The position numbers and the translations under genes were made by a program. This document shows positions 21,825-35,264 of a stretch of 64,000 bases of DNA, piece after piece. The stretch lies in the NCBI RefSeq assembly GCF_963921235.1, contig NC_086104.1:20832001-20896000 (forward strand). The letters are read 5' to 3'. The notes beneath the pieces were generated by a model, which worked only from the letters and a program-made list of their open reading frames with translations, was not told the origin of the DNA and made no database searches. This stretch comes from Mobula hypostoma (taxonomy: Eukaryota). Positions within the stretch are counted from its first letter, which is position 1, and each line of letters starts with the position of its first letter.

Positions 21825-23360
21825 TATGACTAAGGTGAAGGTGCTTGGGAAGCTGTAAGGTCCAAAGGTGGATAAGTCACCTAGACTGGATAAGGTAGCT
21901 GAAGAGATTGTGGAAGCATTAAGAATCATTAGATTCTGGAATGGTTCTAGAGGGCTGGGAAATCACAAATACCACTCTACTCTACAAAGAAGGGGAGGCA
22001 AAAACACAGCAAATGATAGGCTGGTAGCCTGACTTCAGTGGTTAGCAAGGTGTTAAAGTCCTCATCCAAGGCGAGGTTTCAGGGTACTTGGAGGCACATG
22101 ATAAAAATAGGCTGAATTCAGCATGATTTCCTTATTGAGAAGTCTTGCCTAACAAGTCGGTGGAATTCTCTGAGAAGTAACAAGCAGGATAGACAAAGGA
22201 GAGTCAGTGAATGTGGTGTATCAGGATTTTCTGAAGGTTTTTGGCAACGCGCCACAGATGAGGCTGCTATACAGGATAGCAGCCCGTAGTATCTTTGCTG
22301 AAATACTAGTATTGATAGAAGTCTGGCTGACTGGAAGAAGGTAGAGTCAGAAAAAAAAACAGGCTTTTTCTAATTGGCTGTTGGTGACTGGTGGTGTTCC
22401 ACAGGGTTTGATATTGTGTGCTAATTTTCACGCTATATATCAATAATCTGGATGATGGAGTTGATAGTTTTGTGGCTAAGTTTTCAGACAATACAAAGAT
22501 AGGTGGAGGGGCATGTAGTGTTGAGGAAGCAGGGAGTCTGCAAAAGAACTTGGACAGATTAGGAGAATGGACAAAGAAGTGGTCGATGGAATATAGTGTA
22601 GGGAAGTATATGGTCATGCACTTTGGTACAAGGAATAACGGCACAGACCATTCGCTAAATGAAGAGCAAATTTAGAAATTGGGTGTGCAAAGAGAGTCAT
22701 AGTGCAGGATTCCCTGAAGGTTAACTTGAAGGTTGAGACAATAGTAAAGACGACAAATGCAATGTTATCATTCTTTTCCAGTGGTCTAGAATATACACTG
22801 GGGCTTCAAAAGGCATTAATCAGATGACATTTTAAGTATTGTGAGCAGTTTGCGGTTCCATACTTATGGAAGAATGTGCTATCTGTGGAGAGGTTCCAGA
22901 CGTTTACAAGAACTCACAGGAATGAAAGGATTAAGGTTAATGTACGAGAAGCATTTGATCATTCTGGGTCTGAACTAATGGGAGTTTAAAAGAATGAAGG
23001 GGAATCTTATTGAGCTTATTGAGTATTGAAAGATCTGCATATAGTGGACAGGGAAAAGATGTTTCACATACCAGAAGGGACAGCCATGAAACAGAAGAAC
23101 ATCCCTTCAGAACAAAGATGAGGAAGAATTTCTTCAGCCAGAGGGTAGTGAATCTATGAATTTATTGCCACAGACAGCCATGATTACCAAGTTATTGGGT
23201 TATTTAAAGCAGAAATTGACAGATTCTTGATAAGTAAGGTTGTCAATGTTATAGGAAAAGGCAGGAGAATGGGGTTGGGAAGGAAAATTCCATCAGCCAT
23301 GATGGAATGGTGGTGCCGATGATGGGCTGAATGGCCCAACTCTGCGCCTATGTCATTTTT
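21825..23360 (+). mobile_element. CR1 LINE, RT to 3' end, decayed
   Basis: YINNLDDG...AKFSDNTKIGG...LDRLGEW; typical CR1 3' end. Confidence 0.85.
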
Positions 23361-23834
23361 ATCTTTTTTGTAAAGTGTGCTAATTCACCTCAATGGTCAA
23401 ACATTTAAAATTATACACAGATATAAAGTGGGGTTTTCTTCTTCATTAAGGCAGTAACGGCCTTTCCTTACTAAATCCAAATAAAGTCTGACTACTGAGA
23501 GCATCATGTGATCATTAATAATAGATACCAATATGCTTAGTGTGTGTGTGATGGTAACGAAATGGCTAAAATGTTACACTAGTAATCCAGGCAGAAGTTC
23601 AAATCTCAGTGGCAGTTGTTGAATTTAAATAAAATTAGTCAAATAAAAATGTAGTTAGTAATCAAAAATATATGCCAAATTCTCACACAGGCCCATCTTA
23701 TTCACTTTTGATCAGAGAGAAAACTTATTGTCCTTATAGGGACTGGCCAAGATGTAACTCTTAAATGCCCTTTAAAATGGAGCAATGAACCACTTAGTTC
23801 AAAGTAGTTAGGAATGTGCAATCAATGCTGCCTT

Positions 23835-25430
23835 ACCAGGCCTCTTGGGCACCAGGATGATGGTGGCTGATTTGAAGCCTGAGGGACCGTGGACGTTCCA
23901 GAAAGATATTGATAGAACCTTGGTTAATTGGGCTGCATGGTCCCTCAGCACCTGACCAGATACGTTATCAGGCCCCATAGCTTTATGTGAGTTGATGCTG
24001 GCTTGGGTCTTCCTCATATCGGCTACAGCCAGTACATCATTCCCTGCATCAAACTTCGAAGCTGCCAGTGTCCTTGCAGAAATTCCAAACTGTGAGCAGT
24101 CTTCACCTTTCTCTCTCTCTTTTTAAAAGCACAGTTCATAAGGGATAATTCAGGATCCCGTCACACATTCTACCCTTTCAAATTCGCTTACCATTCAAAT
24201 CAGTCCATGAATGATGCCATAACTTCTGCATTCCACTCCATCCCATACCAACTGGAAAACAGTGCCTCACATGCCAGGACACTGTTTACTGATTTCAGCT
24301 TGGCATTTAATATGATCATTCCTAAGAATCTGGTGGGTAAAGTGTTCTCATTGGGTCTCAGCACCTCTCTCTGTAACTGGAGCCCGAACTTCTTGACAGA
24401 AAGGCTACAGTCGGCCCACGTTGGCTGAAACATCTCTTGCTCCTTCACACTGAGCATGGGCACTCCCCAAGGTTGTATGCTCAGCCCACTGCTGACGCAT
24501 AACTGCACAGTTAGATCCAGTTCAAACTGAATCAAGTCTGATGGCATCAACAGTTTGCTGATGACACGAGACTGTACAGAGAGGAGGTACAGCAGTTGGT
24601 AGAACGGTGTGAGAACAACTTGAGTCTCAACATGGATAAGACCAAAGAGATGATTGTGGACTTGAGGATGGTGCAGGCGGACCACTCTTCATTGCACATT
24701 CAGAGCTCTTCCAAAGAGGAAATGAGCATCAAGTTTCTGGGAGTACACGTAACAGACAATCTCATCTGGTCCCTCAACACCACCTCTCTGGTCAAGAAAG
24801 CACAGCAGCGTCTCCACTTCCTGAGGCGGTGGCCAGTGAGACCTCCTTCCCTCTCTCCATTTTAATCAATTTTCACAGGAACACCATCGAGACTGTCCTA
24901 ACCAGCTGCATCACCATCTGGTATGAGAATTTCAAGGCATCGAACTGTAAATCTCTACTAAGGATTGCGAGGACTGCTCAGAGGATCATCAGGGTCTCTC
25001 TTCCACCCAGAGATATTTATCAGGTGCACTGCGTATGCAAGACCCTTAATATTGTTTGATGGATGGGAGGGATCATTGACAATCTCTTTGACCCCCTACT
25101 ATCAAGTAGGAGGTACTGCACCACTGGAACAAGAACTGTTAGATGGGAAACAGCCTCTTCCCCCAGGCTATAAGACTACTGGACTTCCTGCCACTACCCA
25201 GATTTTATCGTGTATGAAGTGCCAACAGCATTACATTGTCTACTTTTTTCTTTTAAACTTACGTCATATATGCATCTTATTATTTGTTAATTTATTTGCG
25301 TTAATATTACTTCATGTGTTACCTGAGTGAGTTATATGTACTGAGCTGTGCACCTCAGTCCAGAAAAACATTGTTTCATTTGGCTGTATACATGTGAATG
25401 GCTGAATGACAACAAACTGAATTTGAAATT
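23835..25430 (+). mobile_element. Rex1/Babar fragment with an inverted 5' segment (~23835-24040 on minus)
   Basis: Minus ORF KAMGPDNVSGQVLR...ATIILVPK; plus ORFs LFTDFSLAFN and KKAQQRLHFLRR. Confidence 0.75.
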
Positions 25431-25809
25431 GACAACTTTTAAAAGACACTTGGATGGGTCCATGGACTGGAAAGGCTTAGGTAAGGTTATGGGCCAAATG
25501 CTGACAAGTGGAGGTGCCTGGATGAGGCAGCTTGGTCAGCAATGACCAGTTGAGCTGAATGTCCAGCGTCCGTTCTGTATGACTCCATAATTCCCCATTT
25601 ACAAGCAAATTCCATTTATTTTCCTATTACCCTCTATGCAAGAAATACAGCAAGAAATTCACTGTGAAATAAATTCATAAATCGATACATACATCTCAAG
25701 TATCTCAGAACACTTCACATATCAAGTACAGATATTTCACTTGGAAAGTGTTGCTGCCATTTGGTACAACAAACACCCATAAAAATTATGAGAATTACTA
25801 ATATCATTA

Positions 25810-26425
25810 GAAGTTTGCAATGATTGAACATGCCATCTAAAACTTTTACAAACTTCTATAGATGTATAGTGGAGAGTATAATGACTGATTGTATGGAAAC
25901 ACTGATGCCCTTGAACAAAATATCCTATAAAAAGTAGTGGATACAGCACAGTCCACCACAGGTAATGCTCTCCCTACCATTGAACACATCTACACAGAGC
26001 ACTGTTGAGAACTAGGACATGCTCTGTTCTTGCTGCTGCCATCAGGGAGGTGGTACAGGAGCCTCAGGACTTATACCACCAAGTTCATGGACAGTTATTA
26101 CCCCTCAATCATCAGGCTCTTGAACCAGTGGGGATAACTTCATTTGCCCTATCACTAAACTGCTCTCACAATCAACGCACTTTCAAGGATTCATCTCATG
26201 TTCACAATATTTGTTGCTCATTTATTATTTTTATTTTATTTCTCTCTTTTGTATTTGCAGTTTGTCATCTTTTGCACATTAGTTGTTTGTCTATCGTGTA
26301 GATGCTGTCTTTCGTTGATTCTATTATGGTTCTTGGATTTACTGAACATGACAGCATGAAAGAGAATCTCAGGGTTGCATATGGTGACATATATGTACTT
26401 GGATAATAAACTTACTTTGAACTTT
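25810..26425 (+). mobile_element. Rex1/Babar 3' fragment
   Basis: Decayed C-terminal RT flank; gataataaacttactttgaactttga tail. Confidence 0.65.
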
Positions 26426-26475
26426 GAAGACAATACAGAAAAAGTTTGGAGTGCATCTCCCACTGAAATTTTTAC

Positions 26476-26625
26476 CTGCAATTCCAGGACTAGACGTGTT
26501 GGACGTATGCCTGCTCCCTTCAGACAACTGGTCTATTCCTTTAGGAAGGTTGCCATCCACAAATATATCAGTTTCATCTGCATCATCAGAAGCCCCTCCA
26601 ATCTGAAGGAAATGAAGTTCTCCAC
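26476..26625 (-). CDS. BIRC6: BIRC6 coding exon (~exon 11), 150 nt
   Basis: taaag|GT...G|gtaaaa; GGELHFLQIGGASDDADETDIFVDG...SSPGIA. Confidence 0.94.
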
Positions 26626-27879
26626 CTTTAAGAAATAGAATTCATTAGAGCGTGTCCTCCAGTACCACTTCAAGTTGCAGAGTAAATCATATCATCTGCA
26701 GACATTTTACAGACACATTTACAGTCTTCTTCCAGTCAGGCAAAATGGATGTATACATACAATGCTTCACTGCAAGGACAGCTTAGGATCTAATGAAATA
26801 ATATTGTTACACAAACTATTTGCAATCCTGATTACATACAAGAACCTCAAACTCATCTATTAATTGCCTTTTTGCACATCATTTTAGATTAATCTTTTTT
26901 AAATAATAGTATATACATTGCTTCATCAGTTATTCAGAACCTGTATCTTTGTCTGAGTGTCATACAGCCTCCACCTACCACTCAATGTTATTTGGTCTAA
27001 AGAACATGCTGCAGGAAATGGACAAATCAAATAAACATAGTGGAAACTTTTTTTAAAAACTTGTATCTGCTTTGTCGTCCCCCCCCCCGCCCCCCAGTGT
27101 AACTTTCCTTCCCCACAATTAGCAATCAAAGTATTTTTCATTCAAGTCCTCAAAAATGAATGTTAAAAGATAGCATTTGAGGTCCCCCCCACCCACCTTC
27201 TTATGGAAATAGTTGTGCAAGTGTATGAATCCAAAATTAGGTAGTTAAGATTCATTACTATTTCCTTTATGTGCTATTAATTCTTGGAGAGACCACAATC
27301 CTTATCCTATTCCATCTCCTTCCACGGTCAGTCATGTTAGAATTCCTTTCTCACCACGTGACCAATCCACATCTTGTAGTCAGTGTCTGCTTTATCTGGA
27401 CTTTCTAATACTCCCACATTCATCTTCCTAATCAGCAGCTTGAGAGGTACTACAACATCTGATTTAGAAAGGCCATTATACAGACATTGCTCCCACTCAG
27501 AATATGCAAATTATTATTTTTTTTTTGGAATTGCAGCAGCAACCAATGTAAACCAGAAGTGAAAGAGAGGTACTAGCTCCATGGTGTGAAACTGAACACT
27601 GGTTCTAGGACAACGTCTAAATGCCAATTTAGCATAGCACTTTCTCAATAATCATGTCAATAGCTTGTGGCCATTACGAATTTTTCCAGTCAGACTGCCA
27701 TACCTCAAAAAGGAACCCCATGAGCAAGGGCCCTGGAAAATAGAACTAATCCAAGCAAAATTTTCCAGAAGATATTTGATGACATTTCACATAATGCATA
27801 CAAAGATGACAATAATAACCGAATATCATGTATTAGAAATCAATAATTGGATTAAAAAATAGTTTGGAATTGGTTCATT

Positions 27880-29160
27880 ATTCTCACATGTACTGAAATA
27901 CAGTGAAAGGTCTGTCATGTTTGGTGTTCATACAGTTCAAATTATACAGTGTATTGAAGTAGAAAAGGAAAAATGATAACAATGCAGAATAAAGAACAAC
28001 AAATATAGAGAAAATGCAGTGCAGGCAAACAATAAGGTGCAAGATCATAATGAGGGAGATTGTGAAGTCAAAAGTCCATCTTATAGAACTAAGGAACGAT
28101 TTAAAAATCCTAACAGGAGAGCAGAAGCTGCCTTTCACCCTGGTGATATGTGCTTTCAGACGTTTATATTTTCTGCCCAATGGAAGAGAGAAGAGAAAAA
28201 TGCCTGGGATAGGTGGGGTCTTTGATAATGCTGTTTTACCATGGCAGTGAAAAGCACAGACAAAACCCATGGAGGAGAAACTTGTTTCAGTGATGTGCAG
28301 GTTTAACTTGCACTCACGTGCAAAACATTTGCCTTACCAAGTCGTTATAAGCCGCATTGATAAAAAAAAACGTCCTGAGTACACAGAGGCATTGATGAGT
28401 TTTTTTTAAGCCGTGACATGTGTGTTGACAGGCGATTGGTGATGTTCACTCCCACGAACCTGAAGTCCTAACCTCTCAGGCACAATACTGTTGAAATAAA
28501 CACCAGCATGTGTACCAACACCCTTCCTGAAGTCAGTGACCAGTTCTTTTGTCTTGCTGACATTGAAGGAAAGGTGTTGTCATGACACCACATTACTAAG
28601 TTCTCAATCTCCTTCCTGTACACAAATTCATCATTATTTGAGACACAGCCCACTATGGTGGAATCATGTGCAAACCTTCAGACAAAGCTAGAACAAAATA
28701 TGGCTACACAGTCATGAATGTACAACAGGGGAACGAGGATATAACTTTGTGGAGCACTAATGTTTACAACAGTCATGGCAGAAATGTTGCTATTAATTGT
28801 AGTCTGTTGGTCAGGCAAGTCAAGGACCCAATTGAGAAGGAAGGCAATGACTCCCAGATTCTGGAGTTAAGTAGTGAGCTGGCTTGGAATAACACCATTG
28901 AAGGTGGAACTGTAGTCAACAAACAATGGTCAGATGTAGGATATCTTTACTGTCCAGATGCTCGAGAGATGAGTGTAGGGCCAGGGAGATGGCATCCCAC
29001 CCAGGCTTCTTTCAATTCTAGAGGAAGGGCAGTAGGCCAAAACTGTCTGGAAGGCTGGAATTAATGCGTGCCATGACCAGCCTCTCAAAGCATTTCATTG
29101 TGGTTGATACCAGTGCCACTGGACATCAAGGCACATTGATCTTCTCAAGACAAGTGGGAA
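27880..29160 (-). mobile_element. Rex1/Babar fragment
   Basis: VGCVSNNDEFVYRKEIENLVMWC and LPLGRKYKRLKAHITR. Confidence 0.7.
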
Positions 29161-29599
29161 CCACAGTCTAAGGATCCTGGTACATTCCTAGATCTGCACA
29201 AGATCTGAGAACATATTAGGGTCACCATCAAGGACAGATAAAACAGATGAGAGCTAATAAGAGCAGATTATAAAGTACAAATTTTCCCCAGGACAGAAGT
29301 GAATTCAAATTAGTAGTTAGCTAAAGCAGGATATAGCATGCTGCTGGTATCAAAAACACAGATATATTGTAAGTTGAACAAGTTTTCACTTTCATCCTGG
29401 CATTTATAATTCAAAAGTCATTGATAGTTCCTGTAATTGTGGATGAATTTTAATATAAAATGTGATGTTATTGGACAAAGGAAACTGGGCAAGTACTATT
29501 TGCAAGATGCACAATATAACTCAGTGTGGCCTTGCATATAATAATATGTCTGCACTTTTTCTCAGTGGAGTTAAAAAAAAAAATACAAGTGGACTAAGA

Positions 29600-30420
29600 T
29601 GTTAGCTGTCCTGTGCTATCACCAGTGGGATCATCAGTTGATCTGCCACCTGTCTTTTGGCCCGCTTATGATCAAGACTCCCTCGAGGTGGTGGGCCAGC
29701 AGTGCTAAAGCACCAACCCCCACTGGTGAGCTTAAAAACCTGGCATCTGCCTCTATCAGAGTTGTTGGTCACTTCCATCCAACAGATAGTCTGCTCTTCA
29801 GGTGTCTATGCAACTAATGAAGGGTTTGCAAGATATGTTCTTCAACTCAACCAAACCAAAGCTGTATTTTCCAATATTGTAAATCATATCGCCCATCACT
29901 TGCAACTTTCTCTTTGATGTTCTCGAGAGTATTCTCCAACATCATACTGCTATCCTCACCAAATACACGCCAAGCCTTCTCATCTGCCATTGCTGGCCAC
30001 TTGACCTTCCTCTTTTTCTCTACCTCCTCACCACCGCCATCATGCGAAGGATCTACCTGGGTCCTGTGGTCTGAAACCTGACCTGGGTTATCTCTCGTCT
30101 GACCTGCAGTATGATGACTCTCTCCAGAGCAAATCGCTGTGGCTTGTGAATCAGTGGTTGAAAAGACCACATCATCTGTGCTTGGTGAAGTAATCTCATC
30201 TTCATCCACTGGGACGGAATAGCACCTCAACTTTGCTTGGTGGACTCGTAAACCTTTAACGCTGGAAAACACTCTCCCACACCAACACACTGGACACTCA
30301 GAGCCTCTTATCCTAGCTCTTGGTCGTAGTCATTCCCTGTAATTAACTGTATCCGCCCGATTGGGTCCATCATTCTCCCTACATTCCACATTAGTATTGC
30401 ATTTTCCTGGGTTACCTTGA
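29600..30420 (-). mobile_element. Internally deleted HERO-like (R2-group) non-LTR remnant
   Basis: CWCGRVFSSVKGLRVHQAKLRC zinc finger and KRKVKWPAMADEKAW motif; no RT. Confidence 0.55.
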
Positions 30421-32112
30421 TGTAATGACTGAATGAAATGATATGTAAAACAGTTTTTCACTGTATGTAACATAATAATAATTCATTTTACCAATTCTGT
30501 CGTAAAAATTAACAGAAATTTAGAAATGGTTACTCATCAGTAAAGATGTTAAACTGGCAGAAAACCTATCATACATGCAACCATATGAGGAGAAAGTGAA
30601 GAAATGTGGTTGTTTACACAATGACATGACCAGAATTACAGTCAATAATGAATAGCCTAGGCATCTCAGAAAACCAGTTATCCTAAGCAATGGTTTCACC
30701 TCATCAGAAAATCAACATGTTCATTTCCAGCATAGTTTCTGCTGCTTTTTGTTGAATTAAGTTTGGACCCAACCAGTAAGGCAGAACTGTCACAGTGAAC
30801 AGTCAACTAAAGGCTCAAAAGGTATATTGAGGGCAAGTAGCACTCACTTCATTTAACTCATTTCAGTACATGATTCAGAACTATCAAGGCTCATTTACCA
30901 CTTAAATTTTGGCAGAATGATTATATTTATATGGCCCTTTTCCACTGATTTGAGCAGTTAACATGCAAATTGACATGGACACAGGGGGAAGTTAATAAAG
31001 GATTTGGATCAAAGCAAAGATGATACATTTTTTTAAAAAAGGCCAAGATTCCTTTCCTGTTCATTCCAGTATTGAAGAATGAAGTATAAAAAAAAACACA
31101 CATGCTCCTACTAGGACACATCAGCGTATCACGCTAGGCCTATGAAAAGAACAAATGAATCCATTAAATGACGTGATTTGTGATAATGTAAAGGAAGTAT
31201 TGAATGCAATGACTGAAGGATGAAAAACACTAGTGCACCCTATCCTCGTTATATGCGCCTTCAGACAATGCAGCTTCACAGTTATGTTAGGAACCTATTT
31301 CTACCAACGTCTCCTTATAAGAGTCCAAAACTCACAGTTATGCGAGGAGCACTGCTTTCCCGCCAATACAAGTCATGTGCGCATGCCTCACAGTCTCACT
31401 CCCGCCAGTCTCGCATTGTGTGGATGTGCGATCTTGCGCTCTTAAACGTTTTTAACTACGGTGCAGTGATTTTGTGCTTGAAACATTTAACAATGCCTCC
31501 TAGGTGTCCGATGTCAAGTCCTGGGCCATCAGCCAAGCCGCAGAGAACTGCTTTAACACTTGAAAAGAAGTGGGAAATTATAAACAGGGCGGCATCAGGT
31601 GAAGGTAACACAGCTCTGGGACGCTACCCTGTGCAGTTGCGGGCTATGGTAGCTGAGTTAGGCATCACACCAAAGCAGGTGTTTAATGCAGACGAGACCA
31701 GGCTTTTTTGGAAGCGTATGCCGAAATGCACTTACATAAGTAAGGATGAAAAAACTGCGTCAGCTTTCAAGGCAGCAAAGGATAGATTGACTTTGCTTAT
31801 GTGTTCCAATGCCGAAAGAGACTGTAAGAGGAAGCCTCTCTTAGCTTACCATTCACTAAACCCCTGTGCTCTTAAGGGTTTGAGTAAGAATATGCTTCCT
31901 GTCCACTGGGCAGCTAAAAAAAAAAGCATGGGTCACTGGTCAAATCTTTAAAGATTGGTTTGCTAATCATTTTGCTGTTGAGGCTAAAGGCTACTGCTGG
32001 GAACAAAATCCTGCCTTTAAAGTTCTTTTGTTGCTTGACAATGAGCCAGCCCACCCTAAACATTTGGACAGCATTCATCCTAATATAACAGTACGTTTCC
32101 TGCCGCCTAACA

Positions 32113-33374
32113 CAGGGGTCCCCAACCTTTTTAGCACCGCGGACCAGTTTAATATTGACAATATTCTTGCGGACCGGCCGGGGCGGGGGGGGGGGGGGGT
32201 GGTGTTAATCTCGACCGGAATATAGGTGATAAGTCACTTATAAGTGACTAATACACTCAATTTTGTTTCTAAAGGGGTTTATCTAATGAATTTAATATTA
32301 AACACACAGTGCATATTTTCCTCGCATGAATATAGTGATAATTCAATTATAACAGTGGTCACAAACCTCCAGGCCGCAGACCGATACATTGCCACGAAGA
32401 ATGCAGCAGTACAATGGTGGCCAGAACGCACCCAGCACGTCTTTAAGAAAAAAGCTGTAATAAACAAGCTAATTGATTAGGTGCTGCCCGGCACGTAAAT
32501 GCCGGCCCAGATCAGAGGCGACGCAATCGGCAATCGCCTCTGATCTGGACCGACATTTACATGCCGGGCGGCACCTAATCAGTTAGCTTGTTTATTTTGG
32601 CTTTTTTTCTTAAAGACGTGCTGGGTGCGTTCCAACCACCGCTGTACCACTGCATTCTTTGCAGCCCGGAGGCTGGGGATAACTGAATTATAAGTCACTT
32701 ATAAGTCAATAGCATCATAACATTTTAAGTAACATTTGGATATTAAACACACAGCACATATTTTCCTCATATGAACATATAAAATCATTGCAACACACCA
32801 ATATCGCTGAGTCAGTGGGAGCCCTGGGCTTGTTTTCCTGCAACAAGACGGTCCCATCAAGGGGTGATAGGAGACAGCGACACTCGAAGGGGGTTCCTTA
32901 TGTCCAGTCTATTCCATAAGACAATTTAGTTTTCTTTGCATTCATCACAGAAAACTCCGCTTCGCAGCGATATGATGTTGGAAATGGAAGCAACGTCTTC
33001 AGTGCTTTTGTGGCTATCTCAGGATATTCACCCTTGACTTTGATCTAGAATGCCAGCAGAGATGTTATGTCAAACATACTTTTCAGCCCACCGTCATTTG
33101 CAAGCTCGATGAGTTGATCTCCTTCCCACCCTGACATGGAAGATTCATTGGAAACATTCACAAATAGGTCACGGACCCGTTCCTTTGCATGTCTTGGGTC
33201 ATTTGCGTCTTGGGTCACTGATGACCTCTCGTGCGTTAAAGTTCAACAGTGGGCATGACAGGGAACGAGGAAAGGTGCAGCTGTCTCGTATCGCCAAATC
33301 ATATTGTTTCCTCACGGCTCGCGGCCCAGTCACACATGCTTTGCGGCCCGCGGCCTGGTGGTTGGGGACCTCTG
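32113..33374 (-). mobile_element. hAT/Charlie-type non-autonomous element inserted in the Tigger
   Basis: TIR caggggtccccaacc; 8-bp TSD gcctaaca; C-terminal remnant YPEIATKALKTLLPFPTSYRCE...KQAQGSH* on minus. Confidence 0.9.
32353..32685. mobile_element. Fold-back hAT MITE nested in the Charlie element
   Basis: 8-bp TSD aattataa (32345-32352 / 32686-32693); near end-to-end palindrome. Confidence 0.88.
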
Positions 33375-35264
33375 GCCTAACACAACATCGCTGATTCAAC
33401 CACTCGACCAAGGTGTGATATCCACATTCAAGGCGTTTTTTTTTATACGGCAAACTATCTCTCAGATACTGCAAGCAAAAGACGATTTTGAAAATTCCGG
33501 GAGTTTACCTTCTTCCCTACAAGCAATTTTATGCTGAAAAACAAAATGCTGCCAAGCAAACAACCCTCACCACTTTCTTCAAACTGGTGATATCTCCTGC
33601 TGCTGGCAGTTCTAAGAGTTCTGTGAGTCTTCCTTCACCCCTTGCTGTCCTTGATGATCCTGACGACACACAACCATCCACCTCATCCACATAAAGCTGC
33701 CCAGCACCACAACAATCACTCATCTCCCGGAGCGAACACACCTGCCACTGTTGGTGAGTACAGGTACTGTACACCCTAGTATGTTAACTTTCTATGATTT
33801 ATTACATTGAATATTACCTTAAACTGATGAAATATAAAATGAATGTTGCCTTGTGGTACTGCTTTTGTGTCATATTGGTATGAAAATGTGAAAAAATTAC
33901 AGATAAAACATATTTAGGAAGCTCTCTGGACAGCATCCCTATTTTCTCCATTTAAATAATTATTCACATTACGCGTTTTCACATTGTGCATCGACTTCGA
34001 GGAACGTATCCCCCACATAAAATGAGGATAGGGTGTATTGGGATACATCCTAAAAACAAGAAATTCAAAACATCCTTCTCTTAGCTGATACAAAAGGTTT
34101 CAAACAAGAATTCCGCTTTCGCATTCAGACACAATAAACTTGTATCAACGTCGCTCCAACCTTCGTAGCTACAGTGATTTGAAACAGGATATTAATTAGC
34201 AACCATAATGATGCACTCAACTTCTTACAACTTAAGACACTGGAAACATTCAAAGTTACATCACTGCTGCAAAAATAAAATCTGTTTTTCAAAGCAGTAC
34301 ATTAGTTTTCTGTTTTAAGAACTGATCATTGTGAATAAAAAGCAGGTCCACACACAAGCAGTAACGCAATCAAGTTACTTACTAATGTTTCAGTTCTCAA
34401 GTTACTTGAAAAGTATATTAAAAAGGTCCTTTCCTGTCTAAATGATGACATTTTCCATTCATGTAGTTTGATACACAGTGGCCCAACAATTTACACTTCT
34501 AAAAATCAGTATTAAAATATATTAAATAAGCTATTTCGCATTTCCTTTGCATTTTTTAAAAAATACTATAAACAAGGCCCAGATTTCAGCAATATCCACA
34601 ATAATGAACTTTCTATTTTACTTTAGCATTAACTTATATTTTTCAAAAAGGAATTCAAACATACTCAAAATAAATTTTCGGCATAATTATTTAATATGTT
34701 TCTCATTAGGAACCCACCAGGCTCTAAGAGGCTTAATAGTTGTCAGAGATAAAAATAGTCAATTCTAAAGCTTTAAAAGCAGAAATTAAAACAAGAGGGT
34801 AAAAGAGCACCCGCCCCCCCCAAAAAAAAACAGCAGAGTGGAGACCTAATCCATTAAGTGTGGAGTGAAAAGATATAAGGATGACAGATGATTGTACGAA
34901 GTGTAAAGAATTATCATTTAGAGATGGAAGGAGAATGAAGCCACCCAGGTGCTTTGTAAAGGAGCAACACGATTTTAGCAGAAATAGTCAGAGAATGGGA
35001 AGGCAAAGATAGGGCATGAAGCACACATCACTGCCTAAAAAGCAAAGTAGCTTTATAAACTTAACACAATCTATTGCTAAGTTCAAGATTAAAGAAAGGA
35101 CATTAAGGTACTGTAGAAAGAATAGAGTCAGGGGCATGACACTTCTATTCCCAGATGGATGCTGAGTAAGAAGATACAGGACTTTTTAACCCCCAAAATG
35201 AATGGTTAACACTGCAATTGCCTTCTTTATTACTTCACTAAGCTTCAAAGAATATAGACAAAAT

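Larger units (their letters stand above)
31231..34040 (+). mobile_element. Tigger/pogo-like DNA transposon, internally deleted
   Basis: TIRs caccctatcctcgtt / aatgaggatagggtg; psq-type HTH, VFNADET, KDRLTLL, LLDN and FLPPNT|TSLIQPLDQGVI. Confidence 0.88.
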
